From contig CAMOZC010000003.1 of assembly GCA_946630785.1 (NCBI GenBank), positions 78 through 32,077 of the forward strand: DNA of 32,000 nt, given 5' to 3'. The DNA comes from an uncultured Clostridia bacterium. Lineage in GTDB: Bacteria > Bacillota > Clostridia > Christensenellales > UBA1242. How positions within the stretch are numbered: the first letter of the stretch is position 1; each line of letters starts with the position of its first letter. The notes under the pieces were generated by a model. That model had not been told where the DNA came from, did not search any database, and worked only from the letters and a program-made list of their open reading frames with translations. The position numbers and the translations under genes were made by a program. Below, piece after piece: positions 8,081 through 14,994 of the stretch.

Positions 8081-9817
8081 ATGGACAAAATATTAAATCA
8101 TACGGCCGCACATGTCTTGGCGTATGCCGTAAAAAACATTTACCCAAATACGAAATTAGCGATTGGACCTGCTACAGATTCAGGTTTCTATTATGACTTT
8201 GATTTTGCAACACCAATTAAAGATGAAGATTTGGCAAAGATTGAAGCCGAAATGGCTCGCATCATTAAAGAAGACTTTACGGTAGAACGTAAAGAAGTAA
8301 CGCGTGCTGAAGCAACACGTATCATTAATAAAAATAAAGAAATTTACAAAGTAGAATTATTACACGATATTCCACGTGGTGAAACTATCTCAATGTATAC
8401 TATTGGCAATTTTACTGATTTATGCGCTGGTCCGCATGTTGACCGTTTGAGTAAAATTAAAGCATTTAAGTTGACTCAAATTACTGGTGCTTATTGGCGT
8501 GGTGATGAAAAGAATAAAATGTTGACCCGTATTTACGGTGTCGCTTTTGCTAAGAAAAGTGAATTAGAAGCTTATAATCTTTGGCAAGAAGAAGTTAAGA
8601 AACGTGACCACAATAAAATTTGTCGTGAATTAGGTTACTATACTTCATCTGAATTGGTAGGACAAGGTTTGCCACTGTTTACGCCAGAAGGTTCAACAAT
8701 CTTGCGTATTATGCAACGATTCGTTGAGGATGAAGAAATTCGCCGTGGTTATTTACACGTTAAGACACCTTCATTTGCTAAGAGTGATTTATATAAAGTT
8801 AGTGGACATTGGCAACATTATAAAGATTCAATGTTCTTGATTGGTGATGAAGTTTTAAACGACAACGTAATGGCTTTACGTCCAATGACTTGCCCAATGC
8901 ACATTTTGTTGTATCGTAGCGAATTACGTTCTTATAAGGATTTGCCAATGCGCTTTGCGGAAACGGCAAAACAATTCCGTAACGAAAATAGTGGTGAAAT
9001 GCATGGCTTGATTCGTTTACGTGAATACACTTTGAGTGATGGACATATCATCGTTCGTCCAGATCAAATTCAACAAGTCATCGATGAATGTATGGATTTG
9101 ACTAAGTATTTCTTGCAAGTCTTAAAGATGGAAGATGATGTTTCCATTCGTTTGTCAAAATGGGATCCAAACAATAAAGCAAAGTATATTGATTTACCAG
9201 ATGCTTGGGAATGGAGCCAAAATGAAATTCGTAACGCTTTGAAAGCACATAACTTGAAATTTACGGAAGCCGACGGGGAAGCAGCTTTCTATGGACCAAA
9301 AATTGATATCCAAGCCAAGAATACTTATGGTAAGGAAGATACTTTGTTTACGATTCAATTAGACTTTGCTTTGTCTGAACGTTTTGGTTTGACTTACATT
9401 GATGAAAACGGCAAGAAAGCTAAACCATACTTGATTCACCGTTCATCAATTGGTTGTTATGAACGTACCTTGGCTATGTTGATTGAAAAAACAATGGGTG
9501 CTTTGCCTGTTTGGTTGTCACCAACTCAAGTTCGCGTTTTGAATATTACCAATGCGCAAGACGAGTATTGTGAGCAAGTTAAACGCACTTTGATGGCTGC
9601 TGATATTCGTACAGCAACTGATTTGCGTAACGAAAAGATTGGTTTGAAAATTCGTGAAGCAACTTTAAAGAAAATCCCATATTGCTTAATTATTGGTGCG
9701 AAAGAACAAGAAGCCAACAAGGTTGCTGTTCGTACACGTGAAGGTCAAGATTTAGGACAAATGTCTCTGGACGAATTTATCGCGCTTGTCAAAAAACAAG
9801 TGAAGGAATTTAACTAA
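8081..9817 (+). CDS. thrS: Threonyl-tRNA synthetase lacking the TGS domain
   Basis: LNHTAAHVLAYAVKNIYPN at the extreme N-terminus; MTCPMHILLYRSELRSYKDLPMRFAE; LIHRSSIGCYERTLAMLIE; the ORF-track start 8072 lies inside the -10 box. Confidence 0.93.
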   Translation: MDKILNHTAAHVLAYAVKNIYPNTKLAIGPATDSGFYYDFDFATPIKDEDLAKIEAEMARIIKEDFTVERKEVTRAEATRIINKNKEIYKVELLHDIPRGETISMYTIGNFTDLCAGPHVDRLSKIKAFKLTQITGAYWRGDEKNKMLTRIYGVAFAKKSELEAYNLWQEEVKKRDHNKICRELGYYTSSELVGQGLPLFTPEGSTILRIMQRFVEDEEIRRGYLHVKTPSFAKSDLYKVSGHWQHYKDSMFLIGDEVLNDNVMALRPMTCPMHILLYRSELRSYKDLPMRFAETAKQFRNENSGEMHGLIRLREYTLSDGHIIVRPDQIQQVIDECMDLTKYFLQVLKMEDDVSIRLSKWDPNNKAKYIDLPDAWEWSQNEIRNALKAHNLKFTEADGEAAFYGPKIDIQAKNTYGKEDTLFTIQLDFALSERFGLTYIDENGKKAKPYLIHRSSIGCYERTLAMLIEKTMGALPVWLSPTQVRVLNITNAQDEYCEQVKRTLMAADIRTATDLRNEKIGLKIREATLKKIPYCLIIGAKEQEANKVAVRTREGQDLGQMSLDEFIALVKKQVKEFN

Positions 9818-10308
9818 TGTTGGTAGCCATTGGCACAGTTTTGAAACCACGTGGATTGCAGGGCGAATTAAAGGTTGAGATTACTTATAATCGCCCAGCG
9901 GTCTTTAATGAGTTAACTACGGTAGTTCTAAATGGACGTACTTATGAAGTTGCGCGCGGCAGTGTGCAAAATGGTTTTGCATACTTGCGCTTAGTTGGTG
10001 TTGATTCAATTGAAAAAGCGGAAAAATTCCGTAATCAAACTGTTAAGGTTGAAAGCGGTGATTTACATTTGCAGGATAACGAAGTTTTATCCAGTGATTT
10101 AATTGGCTTTGAAGTTGTACATAAAGGCAAAAAAATTGGCACGATAGCGTCGATTGAAAATTATGGTGCCAGTGACTTTTTTGAGATTGCCGTTGATGGA
10201 CAAGGTTTTGTGTTGTTGCCAAATGAAGATGATTTTATTGCTGAAACAAACATGACCACACATACATTGGTTTTAACACCAAATGCGCTGGAATCGGAGC
10301 TGGTTTAA
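9817..10308 (+). CDS. rimM: 16S rRNA processing protein RimM
   Basis: VAIGTVLKPRGLQGELKVEITYNRP...; PRC-like DFFEIAVDGQGFVLLPNEDDFI; synteny with trmD. Confidence 0.92.
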   Translation: MLVAIGTVLKPRGLQGELKVEITYNRPAVFNELTTVVLNGRTYEVARGSVQNGFAYLRLVGVDSIEKAEKFRNQTVKVESGDLHLQDNEVLSSDLIGFEVVHKGKKIGTIASIENYGASDFFEIAVDGQGFVLLPNEDDFIAETNMTTHTLVLTPNALESELV

Positions 10309-10970
10309 TGCGTTGGACGATTTTAACTTTGTTTCCGGAAATGTTTGTGCCGCTTAAAACCAGTATTTTGGGGCGTGCCAGCAAGGCTGGTAAGTTGCAA
10401 ATTGAAATGGTAAATTTCCGTGATTACACGGTGGATAAACATCGTAAAGTAGATGACCATTCTTATTCACCCGGAGCGGGCTTGGTTTTGGCTTGTCAAC
10501 CGATTGCGGATTGTTTAAAAGCAATTGACCCTGAACATAAAGCACACCGTATATTCATGACGCCAGCAGCGCCAATTTTATCGCAAGACCGCGTGGTTGA
10601 ATTGTCGCATTATGAACATATTATTGTACTCTGTGGCCATTACGAAGGCGTGGACCAACGTGTGATTGATGCGTGTTTTGATGAGGTTATTTCCATCGGT
10701 GAATATGTTTTAACTGGTGGGGAAATTCCTGCCATGGTTTTGGTGGATGCAGTATCACGCTATGTAGACGGTGTAATTAATCAAGATAGTTTAACGATGG
10801 AAAGTTATGTTGACGGTAAATTAGAATATCCACAATACACACGTCCACGTGTTTGGAATGGAATGGCTGTACCCGAAGTTTTGTTTTCTGGCAATCATGC
10901 CGCGATTCAAAAATGGAAAGATGAAGCCAGTGCGGCAGTGACCGAAAAATATCGTCCAAAGAAAAAATAA
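10308..10970 (+). CDS. trmD: tRNA (guanine-N1)-methyltransferase
   Basis: ILTLFPEMFVPLKTSILGRA, VVLCGHYEGVDQRVID-like segment, ISIGEYVLTGGEIPAMVLVDAVSR. Confidence 0.96.
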   Translation: MRWTILTLFPEMFVPLKTSILGRASKAGKLQIEMVNFRDYTVDKHRKVDDHSYSPGAGLVLACQPIADCLKAIDPEHKAHRIFMTPAAPILSQDRVVELSHYEHIIVLCGHYEGVDQRVIDACFDEVISIGEYVLTGGEIPAMVLVDAVSRYVDGVINQDSLTMESYVDGKLEYPQYTRPRVWNGMAVPEVLFSGNHAAIQKWKDEASAAVTEKYRPKKK

Positions 10971-11002
10971 AATTAATACTGATTTAAGTAATTATCAAGA
11001 AG

Positions 11003-11034
11003 GCAAGCAAGATAAAATTGCTTGCTTTTCTTTT
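11003..11034 (+). terminator. Intrinsic terminator downstream of trmD
   Basis: GCAAGCAA (11003-11010) / TTGCTTGC (11019-11026) followed by TTTTCTTTT. Confidence 0.85.
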
Positions 11035-11075
11035 GAGTTGAAAGATAAAATGTAATATTGAAAGGAAAGTAAGCA

Positions 11076-11921
11076 ATGAGCGAAAACGAAAACATCAAAC
11101 TTAACATTAACTGGTTTCCGGGTCATATGGCGCAAACATTGAAGATGATTGATGCCGAACTGAAAATTTGTGATGCGATTATTTATGTTGTGGATGCACG
11201 TTGTCCGCAATCTTGTATTAATCCTCAGTTTGATGATTTCGTTGGCCGTAAGCCAGTGTTGTTTGTTTTAAATAAAATTGATTTGGCAACCAATGGTGTG
11301 AAAGAACAGTTTACGCAATCTTTACAATTAAAAACACCTTATGCTGTAATTACGCGCAACTCGGTAAAAAGCGGTGGTGCCGAAGCGGTGGTTAAAGCAT
11401 TGCAGAAATTATTGGCGGAACGTATTCAAGCCAAGATGGCTCACGGTATTATGAAAACTTTGCGTGTGGCTGTGATTGGCGTCACTAACTGCGGTAAATC
11501 AACGTTTATTAATAACATGACCAATAAAGGTAAGACGCAAACTGGAAACCGACCAGGGGTTACTCGTACTAAACAGTGGGTGCCAATTACGGATAATTTG
11601 TGGTTGTTAGATACGCCAGGTACTTTGTGGCCCGCATTTACCAACCAGCAAGTTGCACGCAATCTGGCTTATGTCGGTTCGATTAAGGACGATATATTGG
11701 ATACTGTTGCTTTAAGTCAGTCATTACTGGTAGATTTGACTAAATTACAACCTGATGCAATTAGCGCCCGTTTTGGAGTGACTAGCTTTGAGGAAATTGC
11801 CAAAAAGCGTGGTTGTTTGTTGCGTGGTGGAATTTTGGATACTCGTCGTGCGGCCAAGATGATTCTTTCAGAATTCCGTGAAGGAAAGATTGGTAAGTTT
11901 AATTTGGATAAATTATTATGA
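11076..11921 (+). CDS. rbgA: Ribosome biogenesis GTPase YlqF/RbgA (circularly permuted)
   Basis: NINWFPGHMAQTLKMI, NKIDLA before GVTNCGKSTFIN, DTPGTLWP; SD AAAGGAAAG. Confidence 0.94.
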   Translation: MSENENIKLNINWFPGHMAQTLKMIDAELKICDAIIYVVDARCPQSCINPQFDDFVGRKPVLFVLNKIDLATNGVKEQFTQSLQLKTPYAVITRNSVKSGGAEAVVKALQKLLAERIQAKMAHGIMKTLRVAVIGVTNCGKSTFINNMTNKGKTQTGNRPGVTRTKQWVPITDNLWLLDTPGTLWPAFTNQQVARNLAYVGSIKDDILDTVALSQSLLVDLTKLQPDAISARFGVTSFEEIAKKRGCLLRGGILDTRRAAKMILSEFREGKIGKFNLDKLL

Positions 11922-12274
11922 ACGAAAAACAAACCTTAACCAAAGAGTTCGGTCAGTATGGGGAAGATTTAGCTACTCAATATTGTCGCAAACATAATTT
12001 TAAAATTCTTGTGCGTAATTACCGTTGTCGCTATGGAGAAGTGGATATCATTGCACAATGTGATAATGTCTTACATTTTATTGAAGTTAAGAATCGTTCG
12101 CATGATTTGATTCCTGGACGTTATGCAGTTAATGCTGGTAAACAACGTCATATTCGTCAGGTAGCCAAACATTATTTAGTGCAACATAATTTGTTGAACC
12201 AATCTTTAATTTCATTTGATGTAATTGAAATTACTGATGGTAATTTGGAATTTTTAGAAAATTGCTTTTATTAA
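11918..12274 (+). CDS. YraN/UPF0102 family nuclease-like protein
   Basis: GQYGEDLATQYCRKHNFKILVRNYRCRYGEVDIIAQCDNVLHFIEVKNR. Confidence 0.92.
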   Translation: MNEKQTLTKEFGQYGEDLATQYCRKHNFKILVRNYRCRYGEVDIIAQCDNVLHFIEVKNRSHDLIPGRYAVNAGKQRHIRQVAKHYLVQHNLLNQSLISFDVIEITDGNLEFLENCFY

Positions 12275-12930
12275 AAACGAGCCAGTAAAAGTAAATCAAA
12301 TGTGTTGGTAGCGTTGCAGTTGGCTGCGATGTTACGTGTGATTTTAGCTAAGGCTTGATAAATACGTAATTTCTTTTCCACTGTAAAGTCGGCTAGTGAT
12401 AATTCATGATTGAGTGCATATAAAGCCAAAGTTAAATTTTCTGGCTTACTTAAAATTGGCAAACATGACAATGCCGTGTCAATCGTGTTTGCGGTCATAA
12501 ATTGATGTGCAGCCTTTTTGATGTCCGTGGTATCAGGATTGCTGGTTTCTAATTGTTGTATGGTTTTGTTTTCTTTGGTCTGGTGATATTTAATCATACA
12601 GCGGCTGCGAATGGTTGGTAATATACGGTCAAGATTCTGGCAGAGAAATAACACAGTTGTGTTGCTGGCTTCTTCAATGGTTTTTAATAATTTGTTTTGA
12701 GCACTGGTGTTCATTAATTCGGCTTGAAAAACGATAAATAATTTCTTGTCGGCAACTGCGGATAAATTAGATTGGTTAATCATGTCGTTAATAACATCTA
12801 CGGTAATTTCTTTTTTATCAGAAGATTTTTTAACCCAAAAAACATCACTTGGATTATATGATTTTGCGTATTCTAAAGCGTCTTGCTCCGCACTGACTGG
12901 GTCAGTAGTAACTATCAAATAATTCATCAA
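12271..12930 (-). CDS. holB: DNA polymerase III delta'-like subunit, short and without P-loop
   Basis: KLFIVFQAELMNTSAQNKLLKTIEEASNTTVLFLCQNLDRILPTIRSRC (SRC motif); downstream of tmk. Confidence 0.75.
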   Translation of the reverse strand: MMNYLIVTTDPVSAEQDALEYAKSYNPSDVFWVKKSSDKKEITVDVINDMINQSNLSAVADKKLFIVFQAELMNTSAQNKLLKTIEEASNTTVLFLCQNLDRILPTIRSRCMIKYHQTKENKTIQQLETSNPDTTDIKKAAHQFMTANTIDTALSCLPILSKPENLTLALYALNHELSLADFTVEKKLRIYQALAKITRNIAANCNATNTFDLLLLARF

Positions 12931-13592
12931 ATCTCCAATGCAGCCTTGATTTTTTCGTGAATCTCATCTGGTGTTAAGATTTCACCAAAATCATTAAGGC
13001 ATTGAATTCTGGACCAACCGAAAAGCTCACAGGCTTCAATACCAGCGTTGTAGGCGTTTGATAAATGGTTATAATTGGCTTCGTGAATATCTTTTTCATA
13101 TTGGTCACCAATTTTTAGTTGTCCACGTTTACTGATTAATTCCATCGCTTTGGTGGCAGGTAAATCCAAGAAAATTACTTTGTCTGTGCGTGGAAGTTTT
13201 AAAATATTAAATTCAAAATCATCGAGCCAGCGGACAAAATTTTCACGTTCTTTGCGACCTTGAATTTTGCCTGCTTGGTGCAACATGTTTGATTGTACGT
13301 AGCGGTCAAAGAGAATAATCGCATCTGGTTTTAGTTGTGGCAATAATTTAGTCATTTTACAAATACGGTCAGTTGCAAACAATGTGCTGGCTTGATAGGC
13401 ATCTAAAACATTTGGGTCGTCACCGAACTCGCCAGATAAATACATTTTAATTGGTGCCGAACTTGGACTGTCATAATCGGGGAAGGAAACAATGTGAACG
13501 TCCGCACCTTTGGCTTTTAAATAGTCGTATAATTTTTTGATTTGAGTTTTTTTACCAGAACCATCAGTTCCTTCAATTGCATAAAATTTCAT
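12927..13592 (-). CDS. tmk: Thymidylate kinase
   Basis: MKFYAIEGTDGSGKKTQIKKLYDYL; ILFDRYVQSNM; the true start is the internal ATG at 13592, not the ORF-track start 13694. Confidence 0.92.
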   Translation of the reverse strand: MKFYAIEGTDGSGKKTQIKKLYDYLKAKGADVHIVSFPDYDSPSSAPIKMYLSGEFGDDPNVLDAYQASTLFATDRICKMTKLLPQLKPDAIILFDRYVQSNMLHQAGKIQGRKERENFVRWLDDFEFNILKLPRTDKVIFLDLPATKAMELISKRGQLKIGDQYEKDIHEANYNHLSNAYNAGIEACELFGWSRIQCLNDFGEILTPDEIHEKIKAALEI

Positions 13593-13624
13593 AACAACTT
13601 TATTATAAAGCATAATTATGGAAA

Positions 13625-14197
13625 ATGGCACTAATTTTTTTAGTGATGATGATTGCCTCGTGTGTTTGGTTATTGTTTCAAAAACCAGATGCAATTTTGG
13701 TTACGGCACTGAATGCTGTTAATGAATCGTTATTGTTGGCGGTAACCTTGGCGGGAATTTATATCTTTTGGATGGCAATTGCGGAAATTGCAACTCGGGC
13801 GGGCTTGATTGAAAAAATTGCTAAATTTTTAAAAAAGCCGATTAGATTTTTGTTTGGTAAACAAACGGACGAAGTTAACTCTTATGTGGCGACAAATATT
13901 GCAGCTAATATGATTGGAGCATCGGGAGCCGCAACTCCGGCCGCAATTGCAGCAATCGAAAAAATGGCGACTCCAAAACAAACTCAAGCATCAACGCCAA
14001 TGATTATGTTATTTATTTTGGCCGCTACGTCTCTGCAGTTAATTCCGACCACAATTATTGGTATCTTACAGGCCAATGGTAGTGCTAATCCAGCAAGAAT
14101 TATTTTGCCAACATTTTTAGTGTCGTTGGCTTCCACTGTTTTGGGAATTGTATTAGTAAAATGCTTTTGTCGTGAACGCAAAAAGGACGTTGAATAA
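13625..14197 (+). CDS. spmA: SpmA-like nucleoside-recognition/Gate domain membrane protein (spore maturation family)
   Basis: IYIFWMAIAEIATRAGLIEKIAKFLKKPIRFLFG..., NIAANMIGASGAATPAAIAAIEKM, paired with SpmB-like gene. Confidence 0.82.
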   Translation: MALIFLVMMIASCVWLLFQKPDAILVTALNAVNESLLLAVTLAGIYIFWMAIAEIATRAGLIEKIAKFLKKPIRFLFGKQTDEVNSYVATNIAANMIGASGAATPAAIAAIEKMATPKQTQASTPMIMLFILAATSLQLIPTTIIGILQANGSANPARIILPTFLVSLASTVLGIVLVKCFCRERKKDVE

Positions 14198-14703
14198 TGG
14201 CGTTATACATTGTTCCGTTATTCATTATCCTTATCTTTGTCTATGCCGGTTTTAAAGGTACTGATACCTATGGCGCGTTTGTTAAAGGCGCCAAGAATGC
14301 GATTGCTTTGATTTGGGACATTTTACCTTACATTGTTGCCATTTTAGTGGCGGTGAAATTATTTGAAGCTTCTGGATTATTAATGGCAATCTGTGATGTT
14401 GTTGCTCCTGTGTTTCGTGTTCTGGGAATTCCCAGTGAATTAGTGCATTTCGTGTTTCTGAAGCCGTTTAGTGGGGCGGGGTCAATTGCGCTGTATAATG
14501 AGATTGTTGCCGCATATGGTCCAGACAGTTATATTTCCCGTGTGGCTAGTATTATTGCTGGAAGTAGTGATACGGTGTTTTATATTGCAACCATTTACTT
14601 TTCTAAAACCAATATCAAGAAACTGGGGTTGGCAATTCCCATCGCTTTGTTTTGTACTTTCTTTTCGGCGGTACTGGCTGCGTGGGTTTGTCGAATTTTT
14701 TGA
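14197..14703 (+). CDS. spmB: SpmB-like nucleoside-recognition/Gate domain membrane protein
   Basis: YGAFVKGAKNAIALIWDILPYIVAILVAVKLFEASG, FLKPFSGAGSIALYNEIVAAYGPDSYISRVASIIAGSSDTVFYIATIYF. Confidence 0.88.
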   Translation: MALYIVPLFIILIFVYAGFKGTDTYGAFVKGAKNAIALIWDILPYIVAILVAVKLFEASGLLMAICDVVAPVFRVLGIPSELVHFVFLKPFSGAGSIALYNEIVAAYGPDSYISRVASIIAGSSDTVFYIATIYFSKTNIKKLGLAIPIALFCTFFSAVLAAWVCRIF

Positions 14704-14718
14704 TTAATAAATTAATAT

Positions 14719-14747
14719 TTGCATTTTGCCATGTGGTATGTTATGAT
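14719..14747 (+). promoter_or_regulatory. Predicted promoter of tRNA-Phe (TTGCAT-N17-TATGAT)
   Basis: -35 14719-14724, -10 14742-14747, 11 nt upstream of the tRNA. Confidence 0.65.
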
Positions 14748-14758
14748 AATAAAGTTAA

Positions 14759-14834
14759 GCCTTCGTAGCTCAGTCGGTAGAGCAAAGGACTGAAAATCCT
14801 TGTGTCCGTGGTTCGATTCCGCGCGAAGGCACCA
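14759..14834 (+). tRNA. tRNA-Phe (GAA), encoded CCA
   Basis: GCCTTCG TA GCTC AGTCGGTA GAGC A AAGGA CTGAAAA TCCTT GTGTC CGTGG TTCGATT CCGCG CGAAGGC ACCA. Confidence 0.98.
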
Positions 14835-14843
14835 AGTCATTAA

Positions 14844-14870
14844 ATCTAGTGTTACCACTAGATTTTTTTA
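14844..14870 (+). terminator. Intrinsic terminator after tRNA-Phe
   Basis: ATCTAGTG-TTAC-CACTAGAT followed by a T-run. Confidence 0.9.
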
Positions 14871-14959
14871 TTTTTTTTACATGAAATTTTAGAGTCAATA
14901 TTTAAATTGATAGGGATGGGTTTATAAAAAAAATTACTGAACTGATTTGCCGTTTTGTA

Positions 14960-14988
14960 TTGCGTTTTGGTGTGTTTTATGGTACCAT
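14960..14988 (+). promoter_or_regulatory. Predicted promoter of the orphan giant gene (TTGCGT-N17-TACCAT)
   Basis: -35 14960-14965, 17-nt spacer, -10 TACCAT 14983-14988, 6 nt from ATG 14995; no SD. Confidence 0.5.
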
Positions 14989-14994
14989 TACAAC

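Noticed and set aside
13593-13694. N-terminal extension of tmk (34 aa)
   Set aside because: It overlaps the spmA coding start and the predicted promoter, and thymidylate kinases start near MKFYAIEGTDG.
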